A stretch of DNA of 64,000 nucleotides, taken from assembly GCA_026936335.1 (NCBI GenBank), contig JAPMXV010000005.1, positions 248,001-312,000 of the forward strand, in the 5' to 3' direction. The translations under genes and the position numbers were made by a program. This DNA is from Mantamonas sphyraenae STR306 (taxonomy: Eukaryota; Protista; CRuMs). Positions 34,120 to 44,080 of this stretch are shown here, piece by piece. How positions within the stretch are numbered: the first letter of the stretch is position 1; every line of letters starts with the position of its first letter. The notes below the pieces were generated by a model that did no database searches, was not told where the DNA came from, and worked only from the letters and a program-made list of their open reading frames with translations.

Positions 34120-35928
34120 TCAGGTGGATGGATCGGCGCTGAGATGGTTTGCGTGGATGTGGTTGTGTGTGTGGTTGCTGACACGGATGCGGAGAAAGGT
34201 GTGGTCTGCGGTGTGGCGTGCTCGCTGAAAGGCCCTCCCTGTGGTGCGGTTAAACTCGTGGCAAGCGTTGCACAGGTCGATGCCTCCAGTCCCAGTCCCG
34301 TTGGCATCGCCGTCGTCAAGCTCGCATTGCATGCACTGCCAGCGGTCTCCGACGATGGGATTGGCGCCACATTGGTCGCACTGGTAGCCGACGTGCATGC
34401 GTGACGTGTCGACGGCTTGTTCCTTGGCCTGTCTGCGTTTCAGCTTCTGCAGCCTGCGCAGCTCTTTGTACGCCGCCTGGTCTTGTGTGCTGAGTCCACT
34501 GACGTCTGTTCCCTCTGTTCCGTCGTCTTCTTCGTCTTGTTCTTCTTCGTCGTCGTCGTCCCACATGTCGTCGTCGTCGGTGTGTTCAGCGCTGCTGCGT
34601 CGCTTGCTCATCCCTTTGCGGATGGTCAACCGCCTTCGTTTCCGCCTCTTTGCCTGTGGTTTGCGAGTGTTTGTGGCTGACAGCGATGATGACGAAGACG
34701 AGGGTGGTTGCGTGGGAGTGGGCGTTGTGACGGTGCTGCTGCTGCTGCTGCTGCTGCGGGCCCCTGGAAGCGGCAGACCGGCCTCTTGCAGTTTGCGAAA
34801 GTAGCGCTGGCAGCGAGAGGCGACTTGCTTGTGTGTGCGTGGTGTGCTCATGGCCTGGGCGATTTTCTTGAAACGCTGCTGCTTGACTTCTTCCTCAGGA
34901 AACACCTCGAGGAGCTTGACAAGCTCGGCCTGCTCCTGCGGGGTCCAGCGTTGGTTGATCTCCTGCTCCACGGAGGGTGTGGAAGAGGAGGGTGCGGATG
35001 TGGAAGTGGCTGTGGCTGTGGCTGTTGTTGTAGTAGTTGTTGTGTTGCTGCTGCTGCTGGCATGGATGTCCATGGCCTGGTCCTGGGTCAGGCTGTCGAG
35101 TTCCTTGAGAAGACGAGGAGCTTCGGTTTGGAGATCGCGTCGAGGCGTGTGCAGAGTGAAATGTGGCTGGACGTGGTCTGCAAGCGAGGACCAAGGGCGC
35201 TCCTTGGCATGGTGTTCGCCCAAACTGTCCTTGACCAGTCCATACTCTTCCCCATAGGCGTAACGAAGATACTCGGTGTCGGAAAGCGACTCGGCAAGCT
35301 GACGCCACTCGGCACGTGCCTCCTGGGGTAGTGGCACATCGTGGGTGGTGTGCAGGAGGCGCACAGTGGCGGTTCCGTCCAGAGAGCGAGATATGTCGAG
35401 CAAGGGCAGCGGGGCGACCTGTTGGGGACGAGGAAACGCGGGCAGCGATTGCTGCAGAAAGTCACGCACAAAGGCGAGGGGCTGGTTTTGGGCGCGGTTG
35501 CTGAGTTGTTGCAGCTGTTCGATGTCCATGTCACACTGCTGGAGCTGTGCATGCAGTTGGGCAGCGGTGCGACACAACGTGTCCACCACGTCAGCGTAGG
35601 CCTTGTTCTCCTGACACAATGGCCCTGTCACTCGGTGCAGCTCATCCACAATCTCCTGCCATGACGGAAGGTCCTCCTCAGCCAAGGTGGTGGGCTGCAC
35701 ACGCCGTTGCGAGTGCATATTGGGCTTGCGTCCTCCTCTTGGTCCAGCAAACGCAGAGAGAGCATGTGTGTGTATGTGTGTGTGTGTGTGAGTGTTTTCG
35801 GGGAACGGTTGCATGTGGTGATGTGGTGGGGGAGAGTGATGTGGAGCAGGTGAGGTGGACAGCGAGTCGATGGGTCTTCCCCACCCGCTGCCACCGCCAC
35901 TCCAACTTTCAGGTGGGTTTCTTTTCAT
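34120..35928 (-). CDS. ZZZ3: ZZZ3-like Myb/SANT + ZZ zinc-finger protein (start uncertain: 35718 or 35928)
   Basis: NQRWTPQEQ...FPEEEV...KQVASRCQRYFRKL; HVGYQCDQCGANPIVGDRWQCMQC...DLCNAC...HTADH. Confidence 0.85.
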   Translation of the reverse strand: MKRNPPESWSGGGSGWGRPIDSLSTSPAPHHSPPPHHHMQPFPENTHTHTHIHTHALSAFAGPRGGRKPNMHSQRRVQPTTLAEEDLPSWQEIVDELHRVTGPLCQENKAYADVVDTLCRTAAQLHAQLQQCDMDIEQLQQLSNRAQNQPLAFVRDFLQQSLPAFPRPQQVAPLPLLDISRSLDGTATVRLLHTTHDVPLPQEARAEWRQLAESLSDTEYLRYAYGEEYGLVKDSLGEHHAKERPWSSLADHVQPHFTLHTPRRDLQTEAPRLLKELDSLTQDQAMDIHASSSSNTTTTTTTATATATSTSAPSSSTPSVEQEINQRWTPQEQAELVKLLEVFPEEEVKQQRFKKIAQAMSTPRTHKQVASRCQRYFRKLQEAGLPLPGARSSSSSSSTVTTPTPTQPPSSSSSSLSATNTRKPQAKRRKRRRLTIRKGMSKRRSSAEHTDDDDMWDDDDEEEQDEEDDGTEGTDVSGLSTQDQAAYKELRRLQKLKRRQAKEQAVDTSRMHVGYQCDQCGANPIVGDRWQCMQCELDDGDANGTGTGGIDLCNACHEFNRTTGRAFQRARHTADHTFLRIRVSNHTHNHIHANHLSADPST

Positions 35929-36377
35929 GTGAGCGGGACATTGAGGGAGCGAAACGTATGCGAACACCTGGCCTGTGTGGTCATGGCACGTGTGACGGGC
36001 AGGCGTGCTGCATGAGATGTCGAGGGTGGCCGGGTGGGCCTGGAAAGTTCGAAGGGTCTTCGACGGTTGACCATGGGACACACAAAGGCGCACGCGTGTA
36101 CGTGCTCGTGGGCGCATGCCCAATGGGTCAGGGCGTGCATGATGCAAACGTGCGTGTGCACGCGATTGGCCGGTGCGTGCATGTGATGCAGCGGCATGGG
36201 AAGGGCCAAAGTCGTGTGGGGACGAGGTGTTTTTTCGCGGCGGTGAAATGCGCGGTCGAAATCCGCAGGCACAGGAACGATGGGGCTGACACGGATGCAC
36301 GCGGGACATGTGGGACACGCAAACCATACACACAGCTTGCATATCCACCTTGCGACCGATCCTTGGGAGCAGACACG

Positions 36378-37268
36378 ATGGTGAGCCAGAACGCAACACA
36401 GACACAGCAGGGAAAGCAGGCGCAGGCGCAGGCGCAGGCGACGCAGCCCGAAGCCGATGCGAGCGGAGCGGGCAAGCGCAAGCGCAGGCAACGTGGCTTC
36501 AATGTGCTCAATGCGTTCATTCGCTCTCCGCACTGGATCGAACTGATGACGGCATACTTTTCGGTGCACGTCATCTCGACGGTGCTGCTCTTTGATCACA
36601 TGGAGGGCACGATGAGCGACTACGCAGCGGGTCTGCTGGGAGGCATGGTGGTGTACACTTTTATCGAGTACTGGTTCCACCGTACGATTCTGCACACGTG
36701 GATCTACGAGGCAGCCCACAAGAACCACCACGACTTTCCTCGCAAGCTGAAGATCATCACCACGCCGCTGCTGCCGGTGCTTGTGTATGACATCCTTCTG
36801 CTGTCGGTGTTTGCACTCGTACTCTCTCCGCGCTGGGCCATCATGCTCAACCTGGGCATCTCTATTGGCCAGCTGGTGATGGATCTGGTGCACATTGCCG
36901 AGCATTCCCAGTGGCAGCCGTGGTTCCTGCGTGCGGCGCGTTCGTACCACCACCACCACCACATCATTGGTCAGGAAGAGGTCGGTCACGGCCTCACCAC
37001 CTCCTTCTGGGACTTTTTCTTTGGCACCCTTCCACTGGAGTGGCATGAGTACAAGGCCAACCCGTGGATGACGTGGGTTCAACTGCCCTTCCCCATGTTC
37101 TCCTACATGATCATCAGCCCCTTCTGCACCAAGCCCAAACTGGAGAGCACCGAGAAGCTGCCGTCGCTTCCCAGTGCCTCAGAGGCACACTGGGGCTATG
37201 TACTGACCAGCTTTGCTGCTGGCGTGGTCACGGGCTTCAACCCCATCGTGTTGGCTATGCTGGGATAA
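36378..37268 (+). CDS. Fatty acid hydroxylase / sterol desaturase superfamily protein (no cytochrome b5 domain)
   Basis: His boxes EYWFHRTILH, HKNHH, DLVHIAEH, YHHHHH; GLTTSFWDFFFGT. Confidence 0.85.
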   Translation: MVSQNATQTQQGKQAQAQAQATQPEADASGAGKRKRRQRGFNVLNAFIRSPHWIELMTAYFSVHVISTVLLFDHMEGTMSDYAAGLLGGMVVYTFIEYWFHRTILHTWIYEAAHKNHHDFPRKLKIITTPLLPVLVYDILLLSVFALVLSPRWAIMLNLGISIGQLVMDLVHIAEHSQWQPWFLRAARSYHHHHHIIGQEEVGHGLTTSFWDFFFGTLPLEWHEYKANPWMTWVQLPFPMFSYMIISPFCTKPKLESTEKLPSLPSASEAHWGYVLTSFAAGVVTGFNPIVLAMLG

Positions 37269-37469
37269 GCGAGCAAAGCAAGGCCATGCACAGTGGCAGC
37301 TCTACGGACGGGGTGAGCATCACCATGACTCCCCCTCTGTGCCGTTTGGGTGCGGTTGAAGCGAAAACGGGCGACCCACAGGCCCAAGCGGAGGACGACG
37401 AGAAGAAGCAATGCAAAGAGGTTGGATCACACAGTTTCATACAGTAACTCATGCAGTAGCTCGACTGTT

Positions 37470-39185
37470 TTACAGGCCGATTTCGACGTCGTTGAGCATT
37501 TCGGCCCAGGCGGTAGTGATCTCCTGCGAAAAATCGATTTGTGCGTTGGCATACTTGGTGAGCAGGTTCTTCATGTCGTGGAGACGGGTTGCGTGGAAGC
37601 GATTGAGCTCGTTGAGGATGACCAATGTCATGCGGTCCATCTCCTGCTTGAGTTCGGCTGTTTTGAGCTCGAACTCGGCCAGTTGTTCGCTGGTCTTTTG
37701 TACCTGCGCTGGCTTGGTGCCGTTGGTCTTTTGCTTGTCCAGCTTGGCCTTGGTGGACTCCACCTTGTTGACAGAGGCCTTGAAGGCGTTGATCTTGTTC
37801 TCACGCTCCTTGAACACGTCCTGGAAGCCTCCGAGATAGGCCAGCACTTCGTTGAAGTCTTCGGGCAGCGACTGCTCTTCCCGCACCTTCTGCTTGCGGT
37901 ACGCCTGGAACGAGTCATGGCAGCACTCGGCAAAGCGGTCAAAGCCGTCGCCCATCTTGGTGCAGTAGGGACAGGATGAGTCTTGCAGGAAGCAGTTGGC
38001 GGTGGTGGCCTTTTGGCCGTCGACGCCCGAGCCAGAGAGCAGTTTGACCAGGGCGCCGATCTTGATGATGTTTTCGGCTTGCGCTGCGTGCAGCAAAAGG
38101 GGGGGGAGGGTGAATGGGTGAGTGCCTCGGTGTGTGGGTGAGGAGGCAAGGGCAAGGAAAATGGGGGGAGGACAAAAGCAAAGGCGTACTGTTGACGGAG
38201 GCAGTGATCATCTCGTGGACCTTGACAATCTCGTTGAGCTGGTTCTCGTAGGCCGTGGCCATGTGCTGAAAGGCAGCAATGCGCAGATCTGCGTCGTGGG
38301 GCACCTCGGCTGTGCTGATGGAGGTGTCCACGTCGGGAGGGCTCTTGCTGATGTACTTCATGTAGTTCTTCCACGTCTTTTCGTCGTTTTCCTTGAGGAA
38401 GGTGATGAATGTGTCACACTGAAGCTTCGGATGCTGCGCAATGCGTTTCAGAAGCCGGTTGAAGTCGCGCATGCGTCGCGCGGTAAAGTCGTCGTCGAAG
38501 CGGTCTGTTCAAAGGATCCTGTGTCAGCTGGCTGCTTCCTCTGGCGAAACGCATCCGTGCAGATCCCTGCAGACATGGCAGGGATCCACACAAACACTGA
38601 CAACACACAATGCCTCCTCAGGGCCATCGACCACGAGTGGGGGCAGGGGACGTACTGAGGAACTGCTTGGAGGGCAGGCGAGGAATGACAATGCCAGGAA
38701 AGGCGTCGTTCAAAGCCTGCCGCAGAAAGACAAAGTCGCTGTAGCGGCGAAAGACGAGCCAATCGTGGGGCTAAAGGGAAACAAGGGGTCGGCGATGTGG
38801 GCCACGGCGTGAGTGGGACGCGAGGAGGCGGGTGAAAACCGAGGGGCGAAAATTGGAGACGACGCACCTTGGTGGCGATCAAAAACACGGTGTACTTGCT
38901 CAAGCCGCTGCCTTTCTCCTCCACAGCCTGGATTTCGATGTCCAGCTGCTCTTCCGGCAGCTCAATGTCCACCACGGAAGCCGAGACAGTGAGCTGCTCG
39001 GGCTCAGCTGTGGAGGAAGAGGAGGAGGAGGAGGAGGAGGAGGAAGAGGAGGCGGCGACGTCGGATGGCGAAGGCTGCTCCTCTTCGTAGGACTCCTGGG
39101 ACTCTTGGGATTCCTGTGATTCCTGGATCTCTTGTGTGTCCTCGTCGGTGCTTTGGGGATCTGCAAACGGATTGATGTCGGACAT
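37470..39185 (-). CDS. PX-BAR sorting nexin (multi-exon)
   Basis: N-terminal NPF; PX motif VFRRYSDFVFLRQAL...PGIVIPRLPSK; BAR-like tail ELNRFHATRLHDMKNLL. Confidence 0.85.
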
Positions 39186-39298
39186 GGGAAGGAGGGGTAG
39201 GGGTGGGAAGCGACGCGCGTGCACAAGCACAGCAGACCAGAGCTTAGATTTTTTGTGTGCTGTGCTGCCACGGGAAGGAGACAGCGTGAGGAAGAGCC

Positions 39299-40348
39299 AT
39301 GGCACAACTTGTGATTGCTGGGTCGACCCTTGCGGCGCTGTTTCATGCGTTTAGCGTGTCGGAGTTTGACTGCGAGGGGCTGTTGCTGGGCGAGGTGCTG
39401 GAGCAGGTGGAGCACAACAAGACGGACGGGGCGGGCGAAGGGATGGATGTGACGACAAGCACGGCAGTGGTGCAGAGTTTTCGTCTGTTGCAAGCCAAGG
39501 GGGGCACCCACACGTTCTACGACACAAAAGGAAGCCTGGACAACACAGCCATGGACGAGTGCATGGGCAATTCGTCGATGGTGAGTGTGCTCTTGTGAAC
39601 ACAGTGGCCCGAATAGGAGAGGGAGGGTGTGCGCACGGTAGGAATAAGCGTCCTGACACACACGAGGGGCCGTGGGAGGGCACAGGGCTGCTTGGGCTGG
39701 TTCAAGTTTCGGCGGAACACAGGGGTGCCGGTGCGCATGTCGCTGGTGGAAACGGCAGTGAGCCAGGCGTTGCACAGGAGTGGCAAGCTATGCAGCAAGG
39801 AGTTTGCGCTGTGTGCAGTGTTTACGGCGTCGTCCAACCAGCTTGGCTCGACGCACACGTTTGACTATGCGTGGTTCAACGTGATGGCCAACTCGGTGGT
39901 GGCCATGCCGCTACAAATCACCAATCTGCACCACAACAGCGATCAGGAGTACGCCCAATTTGTGTCGCTGTCCACAGACAAGACGACGCGCGAGTTGCTG
40001 GGCGACACAGTCAGCACAGAGACACCCACCAGCGTGGTGCAACTGGAAACCGTGTTTGAACACAGCATGGTATCGCTACAGGACAGGTTGGACCAGCTCT
40101 ACCAGCTGAGTGTCAGCGTAAGCCAGTTGGAAGAGCAGATTGCAAACAAGACGAAGAACCACAGCGGCGGCAGCAGCAGCAGCAGTGGCGGCTCACGTGC
40201 TGCTGTGCGCGTGGAAACAGGCTCCAGCGCTAGCGAGGATCTCATTGAACTGGACTTTGATTCGCTGACTCCAAAGGCTGTGGACGGCGGGGATGTGGAT
40301 GTGGATGCCATGTTTGCGGATTTTCTGAGCAGCAGGGGAGGCAAATGA
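39299..40348 (+). CDS. Abraxas/ABRO1 (FAM175)-like MPN- protein (intron 39581-39685)
   Basis: DCEGLLLGEV, FYDTKGSLD and GWFKFRRN resemble Abraxas (DTEGFLLGEV, FYNSSGEV, GWYKFRRH); coiled coil follows. Confidence 0.78.
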
Positions 40349-40382
40349 GTGGACCAGGACCAGAGGGATCCGGCGGTGGGGA

Positions 40383-42059
40383 TTAATGCACACACATGGC
40401 CAACCCATCACCACGTGGGTCACTTCCTGCGCAGAGCACGTGCGGGACGTCGTCGTCGTCGTCGTCGTCGGACTCGGGCAGACGCTGGATGATCTGTGCT
40501 CTGCCAAACACGGTTCGATTCATGCCTGTGACGGCCTGTGCATTGTTGGCGATGTTGTGGCCCATGTCGACGAGGGCGTTGATGGTGGTCTGGTCGATAC
40601 CGTCCTCCAAGGCCACTGCACCGTCGTGCGTGCCGTCGACAATGCAGAAGCGAGGGCTGTCGATGGCCTGTTGAGGATCCATCCCGTCGGTGAGGTGTGC
40701 GATGAGCTGCAGATGACCCTGGGGCTGCATAAAGCCGCCCATGTTGCCGAAGCACGCAAAGAGCGCTCCCGATTCTGCGTGGGTGGCCATGCCTGGGATG
40801 ATGGTGTGATAGGGACGCTTGTTGGGTGCGAGTACGTTGGGGTGCTGGTCGTCAAGCACAAAGTTGCAGCCTCTGTTTTGCAGGGTGAAGCCGCAGTCGC
40901 GGGGGACAATCCCAGTGCCGAAACCGGCGTAGTTGCTTTGGATGAAACTGCAGGCGTTGCCTTGCTTGTCGACGACAGAAAGGTAGATGGTGTTGCTGGC
41001 ATGGGCCGGGTAGCCGTGGGTGAGGTCCGTGCTGGCGCGGCGGACGTCATAGTACATCTTCAGCCTCTTGGCAGCGTAGTCTTGTGAAAGCAGCTCGTCG
41101 ATGGGCACATCAAAGCACTGTGTATCTGCAACGTAGTAGCGTGTGTCTGCAAATGCAATGCGCATGCACTCGATTTGCTGGTGGAGTCGTTCGACCGACC
41201 CCGGCTCCGTCTGCTGCTGCTCCTGCGGCATCTGTTCCAAAAGACGCAGGCCCATGAGTGCTGTGATGCCCTGGCCATTGGGTGGGATCTCCCACACGCG
41301 CACACCGCGGTAATCGACGCTGATGGGCTCGTCCAAGGTCGACACGTGTGTGGCCAGGTCTTCAGTGGTCATCACTCCGCCCATGGCTGCCAGTTGGTCG
41401 ACAATGGCGTCGGCAATGCGTCCCGAGTAGAATCCATCGCGTCCCTTTGAGGCCACCTCGTGGAGGGTGTTTGCAAGATTTGGCAGGCGGAGAATCTGCC
41501 CTGCACGAGGCGCCTTTCCGTTGGCAAGGAGCATCTCGCCAAAGTTTGGCTCGTTGGCGTGTTTGGAGGCACCTTTGGCCCACAGATGGGCGGTCCAGGG
41601 ACCAGAGACTGGGAATCCGCGTGTGGCAAGATCGATCGAGGGGGCCAAGAGCGATTGCATGCCCAGAGAGCCTGAACCAAAGTGCTCCAGGGTGTCGAAC
41701 CAGCAGGCACAGGTGCCTGGCACAGTAACTGCGTGTGGGGAGTTGTATCGGAGGGAGGATGGCGAGGCAAAGTCGGCGTCGTCTTTGGCCAGGTCCAGGG
41801 TCAAAGCGGCAGGTGCTCGGCCCGAACCATTGATGCCACGCACGCTCTGGTCACTGTTGTCGTAGTAGAGGCAAAAGGCGTCGCCTCCGATGCCCGTGCT
41901 GCACGGCTGGAGGACGTTCATGGCGGCAGCAACCGCGATGGCAGCGTCCGCGGCGTTGCCACCCTTGCGGAGGATGTCTGTGCCGATTTCCACAGCCAGG
42001 GGCTGCGACGCGGCAACCATGCCGCCTGTGGAGTAAACTGGTGAGCGTGACGTGGACAT
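40383..42059 (-). CDS. Gamma-glutamyltransferase family protein (soluble, YwrD-like)
   Basis: GGNAADAA, GIGGDAF, NGSGRAP, VTVPG, EIPPNGQG, nucleophile NTIYLSVVD, KRPYHTIIP, MGGFMQPQGH, SDPRGDG. Confidence 0.93.
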   Translation of the reverse strand: MSTSRSPVYSTGGMVAASQPLAVEIGTDILRKGGNAADAAIAVAAAMNVLQPCSTGIGGDAFCLYYDNSDQSVRGINGSGRAPAALTLDLAKDDADFASPSSLRYNSPHAVTVPGTCACWFDTLEHFGSGSLGMQSLLAPSIDLATRGFPVSGPWTAHLWAKGASKHANEPNFGEMLLANGKAPRAGQILRLPNLANTLHEVASKGRDGFYSGRIADAIVDQLAAMGGVMTTEDLATHVSTLDEPISVDYRGVRVWEIPPNGQGITALMGLRLLEQMPQEQQQTEPGSVERLHQQIECMRIAFADTRYYVADTQCFDVPIDELLSQDYAAKRLKMYYDVRRASTDLTHGYPAHASNTIYLSVVDKQGNACSFIQSNYAGFGTGIVPRDCGFTLQNRGCNFVLDDQHPNVLAPNKRPYHTIIPGMATHAESGALFACFGNMGGFMQPQGHLQLIAHLTDGMDPQQAIDSPRFCIVDGTHDGAVALEDGIDQTTINALVDMGHNIANNAQAVTGMNRTVFGRAQIIQRLPESDDDDDDDVPHVLCAGSDPRGDGLAMCVH

Positions 42060-42213
42060 GGCAAGGTAGAAAAAGGTGGATGACACTGCGGAAGGTCTGC
42101 CATCGAATTCGTCACATCGTGTTTGTCTGATCTCACTGAGCGTCACACAGCGAAGCAGTAGTCGGAGACAGTAGCACAGCAAAGTCAAACACACACACAC
42201 ACTCAACAGAAGA

Positions 42214-43333
42214 ATGGGAAACTCGATTTCGGAGCTGAACGAGGAGACCGTGGTGCCGCAGAAGGACCGCGTGGTGATTGTGACCGGAGCCAACATTGGG
42301 TTGGGCCTGTCTGCTGTGAAGGCCCTGGCAGAGTTTGGTGCGACGGTGGTCTTGGGTAAGCCGGAAGCGTGCCGTGGGAAGGCGTCATGCGGCGGAATTT
42401 TTCGAGCTACGTTTTCGGCGGCTGACAATTCGGCCACACACAGCGTGCCGCAGCATGGAAAAGGGAGAGGCGGCCGTGCAGCTGGTGAAAGATGAGCTGG
42501 ATAACCAGGACCTGCCGCTTCACGTGATGGAGCTGGACCTGGCGAAGCAGGCCAGTGTGCGTGCGTTTGTGGAATCGTTCCGGAGCCGCTTCGAGCGGCT
42601 GGATACCCTCATGAACAACGCCGGCATCATGGCATTGCCAGAGCTGACCTTGTCAGAGATGGGACTGGAGCAACAGATCACCACCAACCACTTTGGACAT
42701 TTCACGCTGACTATGCTGCTTCTGGAGCTGCTGGAGCAAAGCGAGGCGCCGCGGATCGTGAACCTGTCCAGCTATGCACACAACATGGCGGATTTCGAAG
42801 AGGACATTACAAAGGAATCGCTGGCGTATGAAACGCAGAGGCGTTACGATCCATGGGGGTCGTACGGGCGCTCGAAGCTCGCGAACGTGCTGTTCACACA
42901 GCGGCTGCAGAAGTACATCGACGAGCACGAGGGCAAAACGGTCGTGTATGCCGTACACCCGGGCATGGTGAACACCAACCTGATGAGCAGCACAGGGTAC
43001 CCGGAATGGGCGCAGAACATGCTGCGACCATTCATGCGCAGTGCGGAGAACGGCGCCAAGACGCAGGTGCGCTGTGCCGTGGCCAAGGACCTTGCGGACG
43101 TGAAAGGAAAGTACTTTCAGGATGAAAGGGAGAAAGAGGCCAACAAGAAGCTGGCTGGGAACGAGAAGCACGAGGAGCAGCTGTGGGAGCTGAGCTTCGA
43201 GCTGACGGGAGTCAAGGAGGTCAAGCCGTTTGTCTTTGTTGTGGAAGAAGTGGAAGGGAAGGCGGATGAGGAGGATGAGGAGGTGGACGAAAAGGACGGT
43301 GAGGTGGTGAAGGAAGTGGAGGTGGAAGCGTGA
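42214..43333 (+). CDS. Short-chain dehydrogenase/reductase, RDH/WWOX-like (intron 42356-42443)
   Basis: MGNSIS myristoylation-like start, VTGANIGLG, NNAGIM, NHFGHF, YGRSK, VHPG. Confidence 0.92.
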
Positions 43334-43363
43334 GCAGAGCCAAACAAAACAAATACCAACACA

Positions 43364-44035
43364 ATGACTGAATTGTGCACAGGAGTGTATGTGGGCAGTC
43401 GCGCACAAGTGCAGGATGCGAAACTGATGGAGGAGCTGCAGGTGAGTGGAAGTTGGGGTCAGCGGAAGAGAAAAATGGGGCCAATCGGCTGACCATGTGC
43501 GTGTCTGGCCCTGGTGCAGATCACACACGTGGTGAATGCGGCCAGCAAGGACTGTACGGACATCCAATATCCGGAGGGAGTGGAAGTGATGGAAGTGGGC
43601 CTGACCGACGGTCGCAACGACGAGCTGGAGCCGCACGTTCGTCCGTTTTGGGAGTTTGTGAGCGGTGCCTTGTACGAGGGTACGGAGAGCAGCAGCAGCA
43701 GCGGCAGCGGCAGCGGCAACGAGGTGGCAGGGCGTTGCTTTGTGTTTTGCACAGAGGGTCTGTGCCAGAGTGTGACGCTGGTCATGACGTACATGATGCA
43801 GGAGCCAGCGACACTGAGTCTGAAAGAGGCGTCGCGTCGCGTGAGCGCAGCGCTGCCAGCCCAGCCGACAGAGCGCTTCTGGAAGCAAATGATGGAACTG
43901 GAGCGCAAAATGAGCAGCAAGGGCCTGAACACGGTGGCAGAGAAGGAGTACTACGACTACTTTGTGGATCGTGACCTGGATCCGCTGGTGGATGCGCTGG
44001 ACAAGGAGGTTGACAATGAGTGTGCGACGCAATAA
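43364..44035 (+). CDS. Dual-specificity phosphatase-fold protein, probable pseudophosphatase (intron 43442-43519)
   Basis: VYVGS...LQITHVVNA; active-site loop reads VFCTEGLCQS rather than VHCxxGxxRS. Confidence 0.75.
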
Positions 44036-44080
44036 GCCGGGTATAATTAATGTAGCGAGCGTTGTTCTACATGGGATCCA

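Noticed and set aside
6442-43333. Lipid-metabolism gene cluster (ALDH3, fatty-acid hydroxylase, SDR)
   Set aside because: The genes are spread over ~37 kb among unrelated housekeeping genes.
15366-43366. Stop-codon readthrough fusions (ABCC-ZIP, SDR-DSP and ZZZ3-CHAT are each in frame across a single stop)
   Set aside because: Only 3 of 9 co-directional pairs checked are in frame, which is the chance expectation, and none has the TGA-CTA readthrough context.
34120-44035. Gasdermin-like substrate gene next to the CHAT protease
   Set aside because: The neighbouring genes have other recognisable identities; no gasdermin-like ORF is evident in the window.
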